Shown one piece after another: positions 55,330 through 63,623 of a stretch of 64,000 nt of DNA. The notes below the pieces were generated by a model, which made no database searches, was not told the DNA's origin, and was given only the letters and a program-made list of their open reading frames with translations. The stretch is taken from positions 62,001 to 126,000 of the IMG/VR virus record IMGVR_UViG_3300022866_000322, one strand, 5' to 3'. The translations under genes and the position numbers were made by a program. The first letter of the stretch is position 1; each line of letters starts with the position of its first letter.

Positions 55330-56838
55330 ATGTCCAAGGTAAAAACATCAACGAAAGATTGCATGGATCAAGATAACCTAACAGCAAAACAAAACGACTA
55401 CGCAATATTCTTGCCTGCCATTTCTGGCTTCTACGCAACATTTATAGGCAAACAACGTGTTAACAACGATTATGTTGATGTTAACCGCATGCCTGCGGCT
55501 ATTCAAGACATGGAACAAATGAATTGGTTAAATGATCAAAAAGGATTGTTTCCATACAAGTGGAGTTTGTATTCAGGTGGACATGCTAACTTAGATCTAG
55601 CAAAAGACGATCCCAAAGAGAATATGGTACGTGAACGTGATCCAAATACTCTAATGTTAGGTGACTCTGGTGGTTTCCAAATTGGTAAAGGGCTTTGGGA
55701 AGGAGACTGGAAGGCTAACTCTGGCTGTCCTAAAGCACAAAAGAAAAGAGGGCTTGTACTTAATTGGTTAGACAATACTGCTGATTACGGAATGGGGCTC
55801 GATATCCCGACTTGGGTTTTTAAAAATAAAGAGGCTAGTGACGCATGTCAAATAAAAACAATACAACAAGCAGTAGACGCAACCAAATTCAACAACGAGT
55901 ACTTCATCAAGCATCGCAAAGGCGTCAGCAATGGCGGAACCCGCTTCTTAAACGTTCTGCAAGGAAGTGATCACACCAGTGCAGACGAGTGGTATGAAGA
56001 GATGAAAGGATTCTGTGACCCCAATAAGTATCCAGACAGACACTTTGACGGCTGGGGAATGGGTGGACAAAACATGTGTGACGTACACTTGGTGTTAAAG
56101 CGGTTAGTTGCACTGCGTCACGATAACCTATTACAACAAGGTAAACATGATTGGATGCACTTCTTGGGAACAAGCAAACTTGAATGGGCGGTGTTATTAA
56201 CTACCATACAACGTGCAGTTCGCAAATATGTAAACCCGAACTTTACAATAAGTTTCGATTGTGCATCACCTTTTTTAGCAACAGCAAATGGTCAAGTATA
56301 TCATGAGATATCGTTACCACACGACGGCAAGTGGAGTTATAGAATGAGTCCAATAGCTGATGATAGGAAATACTCATCAGACACAAGGCCTTACGGTAGT
56401 GCCGCACTACAAGATGGCCTTATTGGTACTTTCGAAGAAAGCCCTATGAGTTCGCGTACACAAATGAAAGATGTTTGTGTTTACGCACCCGGTGATCTGA
56501 ATAAGATAGGTAAAGAAGGCAAGACCAGTTGGGATAGTTTCAGTTATGCACTGTTAATGGGCCACAATGTTTGGACACATATCGAAAGTGTGCAACGTGC
56601 AAACAGAGAGTTTGATGCAGGTAACTACCCACGTATGATGCGCAACAATACTGGTAGAGTATTGTTTAAAGATGTAGTAGACCGCATATTTGCAACACCT
56701 GACCGTGCTGAAGCAGACGAGATAATCCAAAGCCATAACAAATACTGGATGGAAATTATTGGAACCAGAGGCAACACAGGAAAGAAAACTGTTTCGCCAC
56801 AAGCACAATATGAAAACTTATTTGAGGAAGCCGCATAA
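55330..56838 (+). CDS. dpdA: TGT-fold transglycosylase, DpdA-like (7-deazaguanine insertion into DNA)
   Basis: LGDSGGFQ, LDIP, VLQG, HFLG, SFDCASP (catalytic Asp); no CxCxxC zinc motif of tRNA TGTs; clustered with FolE and a QueD-like gene. Confidence 0.75.
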   Translation: MSKVKTSTKDCMDQDNLTAKQNDYAIFLPAISGFYATFIGKQRVNNDYVDVNRMPAAIQDMEQMNWLNDQKGLFPYKWSLYSGGHANLDLAKDDPKENMVRERDPNTLMLGDSGGFQIGKGLWEGDWKANSGCPKAQKKRGLVLNWLDNTADYGMGLDIPTWVFKNKEASDACQIKTIQQAVDATKFNNEYFIKHRKGVSNGGTRFLNVLQGSDHTSADEWYEEMKGFCDPNKYPDRHFDGWGMGGQNMCDVHLVLKRLVALRHDNLLQQGKHDWMHFLGTSKLEWAVLLTTIQRAVRKYVNPNFTISFDCASPFLATANGQVYHEISLPHDGKWSYRMSPIADDRKYSSDTRPYGSAALQDGLIGTFEESPMSSRTQMKDVCVYAPGDLNKIGKEGKTSWDSFSYALLMGHNVWTHIESVQRANREFDAGNYPRMMRNNTGRVLFKDVVDRIFATPDRAEADEIIQSHNKYWMEIIGTRGNTGKKTVSPQAQYENLFEEAA

Positions 56839-57065
56839 TGTCATACCAGCTTAGACTAAACGATTTAGAAGAAGCGCACGAAACCCTAAACCAACAGGTT
56901 AATAACCTACAAGGGAATGTGCATTGGAATGATTATCAATTAAACCAGCTTAAAAAAGAAAAACTTAGAATCAAAGACGAAATATATCGTATTCAAAAAT
57001 TAGACCAAGGACCAGACCCAGAGGACACAGATTATTATGATAGCACGGAAACAGACGACTACTGA
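56838..57065 (+). CDS. Small coiled-coil protein (DUF465/YdcH-like)
   Basis: LEEAHETL...LKKEKLRIKDEI. Confidence 0.65.
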   Translation: MSYQLRLNDLEEAHETLNQQVNNLQGNVHWNDYQLNQLKKEKLRIKDEIYRIQKLDQGPDPEDTDYYDSTETDDY

Positions 57066-57273
57066 TAACCCAATACTAAAAGATGCATGTGAACTGTTTT
57101 GGATAGTTAAAGGGCACATACCATCATGCATGTACTACGACGATACTGTGGAAGATACATATAATTCTTATTTTGATAGAGTATGGCGCTGGGATCCAAA
57201 TGAAGTATATCTTAGACGTCAAGGTTTTGACCAAGCATACAAACAATTTTTAACAAACTGGCCGGAGGCATAA
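57037..57273 (+). CDS. Hypothetical protein
   Basis: Coupled ORF. Confidence 0.6.
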   Translation: MIARKQTTTDNPILKDACELFWIVKGHIPSCMYYDDTVEDTYNSYFDRVWRWDPNEVYLRRQGFDQAYKQFLTNWPEA

Positions 57274-57788
57274 TGAATCGAGAAGGACACGAACAAGCCA
57301 CAATGTTCCTGGGAACAGAAGTAGAACACTCAGCAACCTATGGAATGAAAACATTATTTGTTGTTGGGCTTGTACCCGCAGAACAGGTATTACGAGAAGC
57401 ACTCAGACATGACGTAGAACATATCTACTTGGGTGCTAATCAAAGTTTTGGAACCTGGGACGGCATATTGTCAGAATGGGACGTTTTAATTACCAGTTGC
57501 ATTGACGAAGGTTATTGGGTAACACTGGACTATGATGTTAACGATCACAACGAGGTAATGTCACTGGATCTCCAGGATTGTAATCGTTTTATTAGTATGA
57601 TAAGTGTTAAACTGCCCAACATACGTAAATTAAATTACAATGCTACATTAAAGATTGACGATAGTGATTACGAAGCAACAAATCCTGGTGTATGGTGCCA
57701 CAGCGTACACAGCTTACAAAAAAGAAAACTATTCACAGATTGGTCTAAATATACCAACGACCAAATAATCGAGGAGGAAGTAAAATGA
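57273..57788 (+). CDS. Hypothetical protein within the deazaguanine locus
   Basis: FLGTEVEH...KTLFVVG...HIYLGANQSF...GVWCH. Confidence 0.75.
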   Translation: MNREGHEQATMFLGTEVEHSATYGMKTLFVVGLVPAEQVLREALRHDVEHIYLGANQSFGTWDGILSEWDVLITSCIDEGYWVTLDYDVNDHNEVMSLDLQDCNRFISMISVKLPNIRKLNYNATLKIDDSDYEATNPGVWCHSVHSLQKRKLFTDWSKYTNDQIIEEEVK

Positions 57789-57991
57789 AAAAGCAAATCA
57801 TTGACAATCTCAGAGCAAAGTACCAAAATCAAATTGCTATTGCAAGGACAAACGTTGAGTTGTTTATAGCAAGCCCACAGGGCGTTGCTGAACACATCGA
57901 CTTTTCCGAAACTGTAGAAAAAGAATTGGAAAAAATTGCACATGCAAATGATATGCTAGAAGCATTAGAGTACGTAAGCTCTGATGTTTGA
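57785..57991 (+). CDS. Small helical hypothetical protein
   Basis: GAGG SD; GVAEHIDF. Confidence 0.7.
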   Translation: MKKQIIDNLRAKYQNQIAIARTNVELFIASPQGVAEHIDFSETVEKELEKIAHANDMLEALEYVSSDV

Positions 57992-58016
57992 CATTTCAAT
58001 TAATTAGTTGTACAAT
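57988..58016 (+). promoter_or_regulatory. sigma70 promoter, probably giving a leaderless mRNA
   Basis: TTGACA, 17 nt, TACAAT; ATG 58023 lies 7 nt after the -10 element. Confidence 0.75.
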
Positions 58017-58022
58017 AACTAT

Positions 58023-58469
58023 ATGAACCAATCACAAAGAAATACCGTAGATCAAATCATGCATCATGCACGTAGGGACATTTGGGTTACTTTCCAGAAA
58101 GAAGGTGTTCACATGTATCCAGGGGCTGACACAGATCCTAAACTTGCAACAGGTGGGTGGGACGATGTTAGTTTCTTGGGCGTGCCACATAGACACATAT
58201 TCCACTTTAGGGTAGGAATTGAAGTGTTCCACAACGACAGAGACATTGAATTTATTCAATTCAAGCGTTGGATGCAACGACTTTATGACGTCGAAGGCGT
58301 ACTTGAATTAAATTATAAGTCTTGCGAAATGATTGCAGATGACTTGTACTTACAGATTGCAGACCGTTACCCGGATCGTGTGGTTACAATTGAAGTAAGC
58401 GAAGATGGTGAGAATGGCTGCCAAATAACTTACAATACATCCCAACAAGCCCAAACAAAAATATATTAA
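58023..58469 (+). CDS. QueD-like T-fold protein (DpdL-type motif)
   Basis: LGVPHRHIF (58176-58202; LxxxHRHxF in place of the QueD CxxxHGH); HNDRDIEF; SCEMIA; EVSEDGENG. Confidence 0.7.
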   Translation: MNQSQRNTVDQIMHHARRDIWVTFQKEGVHMYPGADTDPKLATGGWDDVSFLGVPHRHIFHFRVGIEVFHNDRDIEFIQFKRWMQRLYDVEGVLELNYKSCEMIADDLYLQIADRYPDRVVTIEVSEDGENGCQITYNTSQQAQTKIY

Positions 58470-60035
58470 ATGTTATTAGATCTTCTCCGGAAGGTATATG
58501 ATTTTGATATGACCGTAGCGTTAGAAACCATTGCGACTATGCCTTCTTCTTTTTTATACAAAAAGATAAGTCCATTTATTAAACAACAATATCCTAACAA
58601 CTACAAGTTCATATTTTTGAACAACAGTGATGTCAACCAAGAAGTATTACTGCACGTTATACAAACAATAGAATTGTGTAAGATTCCTAATGCATTTGTA
58701 TTGGTCATTACTAATCAAACCAGAGTGCATGATTTTTTTGCAAGTAATAACATTGAAGTTAAAAAAAATAATATTCCTGACGAACTAGAAACAGGGAATT
58801 ACACACCAACTTTTAATGTCCAAGAGAAACTTTGTCCTTATCCGTGGGCTGGCATTCATGTAGAGCCACAAGGTTACGTTAAGCCGTGCTGTGATTTTTA
58901 TGGTTCATACTTAAAGCATAACGGTACTCTATTGGATGCTAGTAAAGATTCGTTTGAATACATGCAAAATTCAAGCGACATGAAATTGATAAGGGAACAG
59001 TTTAGACAAGGCATAAAGCCAGAAGGATGTAAGAAGAACTGTTTAGATGCGCCAGAGGGCAAATCTACCAGGTTTACGCATTCAAAGTACAAGCTGAACA
59101 ATGTATACGGAGAAATAGACTGGGAAGGCGAAGGTGAGATGAAGTTTCTTAACGGACACTTCAGTAACTTGTGCAACCTCGGTTGTGTGATTTGTGAACC
59201 GCGATCTAGTTCGATACTGTCTGTAGAGGAACTTAAAGATTCACAGTACGCCAACATTAAACAAGATCCACGATATAAAAAGTTACAAATCCATCTAAAC
59301 ACATTAGACGAAAACAGCACTATATGGAAAGAACTGGATAAAAATATTTCAACTATACGTAACTTTGAAATATTGGGTGGCGAACCACTGCTAAATAAAA
59401 ATATCTTACGAGTCATCGAAAGATTAATTGATTCAGGGCATAGTAAACATTGTGTTTTTCAAATTATAACCAATGGTACACAATTCCCTGATATATGCAA
59501 CCAGTTACATCACTTTAAAGAGGTATTCATACACATAAGTGTAGACAACACAAACGAGCGATTTGAATATGAACGCTATTTGGGAAAATGGGATAAGTGG
59601 GTAAGTAACGTAAGCCAATTTGATAATTTAACAAAACAACACAATCATATTAAATTACATTTTGCAATAGCAGTAAGTATTTTAAATGCATTGTACTTGC
59701 CAGAACTGTTATCGCATATTTCAAGATACAACTACCAAACATTTTACTTTGGTGATGTACATAAACCGTCTCAGTTATCGTTGAACAACTTGACATTAGA
59801 AGCAAAAGATGTTCTAATAGAAAGACTATCAATGTTTACTGATCAATATCCAAAACTAAATTTTGTGCTGAACTTACTAAAAAATTCTAAACAAGTTGAT
59901 GGAACAGAATTTTGTAACTTTATACAAAACAAAGATAAATTACGAAATTTAAACTTTATGGATACGCATGAGGAAATAGGAAATCTTATGGGATATTCAT
60001 CTTTTAACATTCAAGGAGAAACAAATGGCCGCTAG
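58470..60035 (+). CDS. Radical SAM protein with N-terminal extension and twitch-like domain
   Basis: CPYPW...VKPCC...GCKKNC, CNLGCVIC, LGGEPLL, ITNGT. Confidence 0.85.
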   Translation: MLLDLLRKVYDFDMTVALETIATMPSSFLYKKISPFIKQQYPNNYKFIFLNNSDVNQEVLLHVIQTIELCKIPNAFVLVITNQTRVHDFFASNNIEVKKNNIPDELETGNYTPTFNVQEKLCPYPWAGIHVEPQGYVKPCCDFYGSYLKHNGTLLDASKDSFEYMQNSSDMKLIREQFRQGIKPEGCKKNCLDAPEGKSTRFTHSKYKLNNVYGEIDWEGEGEMKFLNGHFSNLCNLGCVICEPRSSSILSVEELKDSQYANIKQDPRYKKLQIHLNTLDENSTIWKELDKNISTIRNFEILGGEPLLNKNILRVIERLIDSGHSKHCVFQIITNGTQFPDICNQLHHFKEVFIHISVDNTNERFEYERYLGKWDKWVSNVSQFDNLTKQHNHIKLHFAIAVSILNALYLPELLSHISRYNYQTFYFGDVHKPSQLSLNNLTLEAKDVLIERLSMFTDQYPKLNFVLNLLKNSKQVDGTEFCNFIQNKDKLRNLNFMDTHEEIGNLMGYSSFNIQGETNGR

Positions 60036-60252
60036 TTGGCTAAAAAAATATCTCACAATGAAGCCAGAGGTTAATCAAATTTATGATGACCTTGACGCTT
60101 ACCGTGAGTTCTGTGTTAAGCAAGGATACAACTTTGACGAACGACACCTATATCATGAGAAAACGCCATGGGGAGAATATCAACGTGTGCTAAATGGTAA
60201 ACGACCCAAGGATGCTTGGTACTTTGTAAAGAAACCTTACGTAAGTCGATGA
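60025..60252 (+). CDS. Hypothetical protein
   Basis: AGGAG SD. Confidence 0.7.
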   Translation: MAASWLKKYLTMKPEVNQIYDDLDAYREFCVKQGYNFDERHLYHEKTPWGEYQRVLNGKRPKDAWYFVKKPYVSR

Positions 60253-61325
60253 TATATCTAGTAGACTTAGAAGCAGTAGACACACGTTATACTAAACAGT
60301 GGAAGACTCATGTCCCAGAACTCCTACAAAGAGAACTGGACGAGCCTGTTACTGTTATAAGTGGCGGTGAGACACCACAAGCAACAACGCCAGGTGCGTT
60401 CTTAAACTTTGGTGGCACTAATGTGTACAAGTCTAAACAACTAGAACAAATAGGTGAACTATTTTGTTCTGGCAAAGTTAAAGACGGTGACTACTTCCTT
60501 TATACTGATGCTTGGAACCCTACTGTTATACAGTTAAAGTATATGGCAGAGTTGTTAGGTGTCAACATAAAGATAGGTGGGCTTTGGCATGCTGGTAGTT
60601 ATGATCCAGAAGACTTTTTAGGAAGACTCATTGGTGACAAGCCTTGGGTCAGACACGCTGAAAAAAGCATGTACGAAGTGTTTGATCATAACTTCTTTGC
60701 TAGTGTATTTCATATTAAAATGTTTTACAGTGTACTCCATCATCCTTGGCAAATTACCTGGGCTGATGGAATGTTCAGTGATGGAAAGATAACTCGCACT
60801 GGTTGGCCTATGGAGTATATGGCAGATACTCTTGCGCCACATAACAACATACCCAAGCGGGACTTGATACTTTTCCCACACAGGATTGCTCCAGAAAAAC
60901 AACCTGAGATATTCCGAGACTTAAAGGCATCATTGCCACAGTACGAGTTTGTGATGTGTCAAGAGCAAGAACTTACAAAAAACGAATATCATAATCTGTT
61001 AGGTGAAGCTAAAATTGTTTTTAGTGCTAACTTACAAGAAACACTTGGAATAAGTTGGTACGAAGGAGCATTAGTGGGTGCTATTCCCATGGTGCCTGAC
61101 AGGTTAAGTTATAGTGAGATGGCATTGCCTGAGTTTAAGTATCCAAGTGAATGGACTCAAAACTTTGAAAATTACAGAGAACATAAACAGCAAGTCTGTG
61201 ATACTATTGTAGACTATATAGAAAATTACGACAAGTACACTAACCTAGTTAATAAACAAGCACTTAAACTTAAAGACGAGTACTTTGGTGCTGGTAAATT
61301 AATTTCAACAATCAAGAACAGATGA
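60249..61325 (+). CDS. GT-B glycosyltransferase
   Basis: FPHRIAPEKQP, QETLGISWYEGALVGAIPMVP (ExFG...EA-type motif). Start moved to ATG 60249. Confidence 0.8.
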   Translation: MIYLVDLEAVDTRYTKQWKTHVPELLQRELDEPVTVISGGETPQATTPGAFLNFGGTNVYKSKQLEQIGELFCSGKVKDGDYFLYTDAWNPTVIQLKYMAELLGVNIKIGGLWHAGSYDPEDFLGRLIGDKPWVRHAEKSMYEVFDHNFFASVFHIKMFYSVLHHPWQITWADGMFSDGKITRTGWPMEYMADTLAPHNNIPKRDLILFPHRIAPEKQPEIFRDLKASLPQYEFVMCQEQELTKNEYHNLLGEAKIVFSANLQETLGISWYEGALVGAIPMVPDRLSYSEMALPEFKYPSEWTQNFENYREHKQQVCDTIVDYIENYDKYTNLVNKQALKLKDEYFGAGKLISTIKNR

Positions 61326-62302
61326 AGGTAGTCATTACAGGTGGGTGCGGATACATTGGTAGCCATGTTGCTAGAGCATTTACGCAACATGGCGCCGAAG
61401 TGTTTGTTATTGATAAAGAACGCAGACAACACACACTAAAAGGCATCAAGCACTTTAGACATGATGACTTTGCTAGTCCTGGATCAATAGATCTAATTAA
61501 AGATTACGAACCAGACTACATTGTGCATTGTGCAGGTACCAGTCTGGTTGGTCCAAGTGTTACTGATCCCGGTGAGTACTACGATAACAACATTGCCAAA
61601 ACAATACACATGCTGAATAGTCTACGTGACTTGCCTGTTAAGCCTACCATAATGTTTAGCTCAAGTGCAAGTGTTTATGGCGAGCCCGACACTGTTCCTA
61701 TTCCAGAAACAGCAAGGTTAGATCCAATAAGTCCGTATGGTAATACAAAGTACCTAACAGAAGTTATTCTGAAAGATTATGCTAGAGCGTACGGTATTGC
61801 TAGTATTTGTTTTAGATATTTTAATGCCGCTGGTGCTGAGCCTGACGCATTTGACCTTGGTCAAGAACTAGGTGCTACGCACATCGTTGCTAGGGTGCTA
61901 GAGGCCAGTATGTTGAATCAACAGTTTACACTCAACGGCGATGACTATCCAACACCAGACGGCAGTTGTATTAGGGATTATGTGCATGTACAAGACATTG
62001 CACAAGCACACGTTTGTGGTGCTGAATACTTGGAGACAGCAAGACCAGATCCTGCTTGTCATATTTTTAACCTTGGTACCAATACAGGTATTAGCAATTG
62101 GGAAATTGTAAACTTCGTAAAAGAAAAATACGGTTTACCAAAGTTTACTGTTAGCGAACGAAGAGCCGGAGATCCTGCTCAATTGATTGCTGATGCTACT
62201 CGTGCAAAAGAAATACTTAACTGGGTTCCTGAATACAGTAACTTGGAAGACGTTGTATCTACTGCACATCATTGGTATCTAAACAGCCTTACAAAACACT
62301 AA
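61322..62302 (+). CDS. galE: UDP-glucose 4-epimerase
   Basis: VITGGCGYIGSH, FSSSASVYG, YGNTK, FRYFNAAGA, GSCIRDYVHVQDIA, RRAGDP. Confidence 0.92.
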   Translation: MKVVITGGCGYIGSHVARAFTQHGAEVFVIDKERRQHTLKGIKHFRHDDFASPGSIDLIKDYEPDYIVHCAGTSLVGPSVTDPGEYYDNNIAKTIHMLNSLRDLPVKPTIMFSSSASVYGEPDTVPIPETARLDPISPYGNTKYLTEVILKDYARAYGIASICFRYFNAAGAEPDAFDLGQELGATHIVARVLEASMLNQQFTLNGDDYPTPDGSCIRDYVHVQDIAQAHVCGAEYLETARPDPACHIFNLGTNTGISNWEIVNFVKEKYGLPKFTVSERRAGDPAQLIADATRAKEILNWVPEYSNLEDVVSTAHHWYLNSLTKH

Positions 62303-62880
62303 TGTTTGACAAAATATTTGAATTTGAACAAGCACTTGCAGAATACACAGGTGCTCCGTATGCAGTAATGACCGATTGTTGTACACATGCACTGGAACTT
62401 TGCTTTAGATTAAAACAGGTTAAACGTGTACAGTTTACCTGTTACACATACCTGAGCATACCCATGTTGATGCACAAACTTGGTATCGAATATGAGTTGG
62501 TTCCAGAGAAATGGACAGGCGAGTATCGATTTTATGGCACGGATATTTGGGATAGCGCACGTAAAGTAGAGCGTGGCATGTATCAAGCAGGACAAATGCA
62601 GTGTTTAAGTTTTGGTTACGGAAAGCCTTTACATATAGGACACGGTGGTGCTATACTAGTAGATGATGTAGAAACTTATGATCAGCTATCGCAAATGAGA
62701 TATGACGGTCGGGACTTGAACATTAGTCCATGGGAGCAACAGAGATCATTTAGGGTAGGGTATCATTACAAACCAGCAATTGAAGATGCTGTGCTAGGAT
62801 TAGAAAAATTATCAGTACTGGAAGAACAGTCTAAATATCATCAATATCCAGACCTAAGAGAGATTGAAATACATGATTAG
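62302..62880 (+). CDS. Short DegT/DnrJ-family PLP aminotransferase
   Basis: FEQALAEYTGAPYAV, CCTHALEL, WDSAR, SFGYGKPL (PLP Lys), GHGGAIL; only 192 aa. Confidence 0.8.
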   Translation: MFDKIFEFEQALAEYTGAPYAVMTDCCTHALELCFRLKQVKRVQFTCYTYLSIPMLMHKLGIEYELVPEKWTGEYRFYGTDIWDSARKVERGMYQAGQMQCLSFGYGKPLHIGHGGAILVDDVETYDQLSQMRYDGRDLNISPWEQQRSFRVGYHYKPAIEDAVLGLEKLSVLEEQSKYHQYPDLREIEIHD

Positions 62881-63556
62881 CAAAACTATTAAAGACAGAA
62901 TTGAACAAGCAGGCAAACGCTACTGGGCAGGCGATAACATCAGTGAGCATATTCAAGAAGGAGATCTGGATCAGCTGGTGGATGAACTTACTGGTAAGTT
63001 TTCGGGTGTGTTGGATAGTTTGGTTATTGACCAAGCAAATGATCCCAACAGCAAAGGCACAGCAAAGCGTCTTGCTAAGATGTATATACATGAACTTATG
63101 GCAGGGCGGTATGATCCAATGCCTCCGGCAACAGCATTCCCAAATGATTCAGATGATCGTTATGACGGTATGCTAGTAGTACGTAGCGAACTAAAGAGCA
63201 TGTGTTCACATCACCATCAGCCTGTTACAGGCATAGCCTATATTGGTATTATTGCCGCAGACAAACTTATTGGCCTAAGCAAGTATACCCGTATTGCACA
63301 GTGGTGTGCTAGACGTGGTACGTTGCAAGAAGAACTTGCAAACGACATTGCACGTGAGATTGGTAACGCAACCGACGCAAAGCATTTGGGTGTTTACATC
63401 CAAGCAACACACGGGTGTTGTGAAAATAGAGGCATTATGGCACATAGTAGTCTTACGCAAACTACTGTATTACGTGGATCTTTCAAAGATGATCCGGGCA
63501 CAAAGAAAGAGTTCTTTGACAACATCAAACTGCAACAGGAGTTTTCGCCAAGATAA
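62873..63556 (+). CDS. folE: GTP cyclohydrolase I
   Basis: SMCSHHHQP, IGLSKYTR, QEELA, ATHGCCENRG, TTVLRGSF. Confidence 0.95.
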   Translation: MISKTIKDRIEQAGKRYWAGDNISEHIQEGDLDQLVDELTGKFSGVLDSLVIDQANDPNSKGTAKRLAKMYIHELMAGRYDPMPPATAFPNDSDDRYDGMLVVRSELKSMCSHHHQPVTGIAYIGIIAADKLIGLSKYTRIAQWCARRGTLQEELANDIAREIGNATDAKHLGVYIQATHGCCENRGIMAHSSLTQTTVLRGSFKDDPGTKKEFFDNIKLQQEFSPR

Positions 63557-63561
63557 AATGA

Positions 63562-63590
63562 TTGACAAAATCATTAACTGAGTATATAAT
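63562..63590 (+). promoter_or_regulatory. Consensus sigma70 promoter
   Basis: TTGACA, 17 nt, TATAAT. Confidence 0.85.
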
Positions 63591-63623
63591 AAGTACTTCT
63601 TTTCAACACTTAATGGTGTGATC

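Noticed and set aside
55330-56838. Canonical tRNA-guanine transglycosylase (tgt)
   Set aside because: Lacks the CxCxxC zinc site, is longer, and sits in a phage replication/FolE context; a tRNA target is less likely but not excluded.
58470-60035. Calling this radical SAM protein QueE
   Set aside because: It is about twice the size, has a twitch-like domain before the core and lacks the QueE N-terminal signature.
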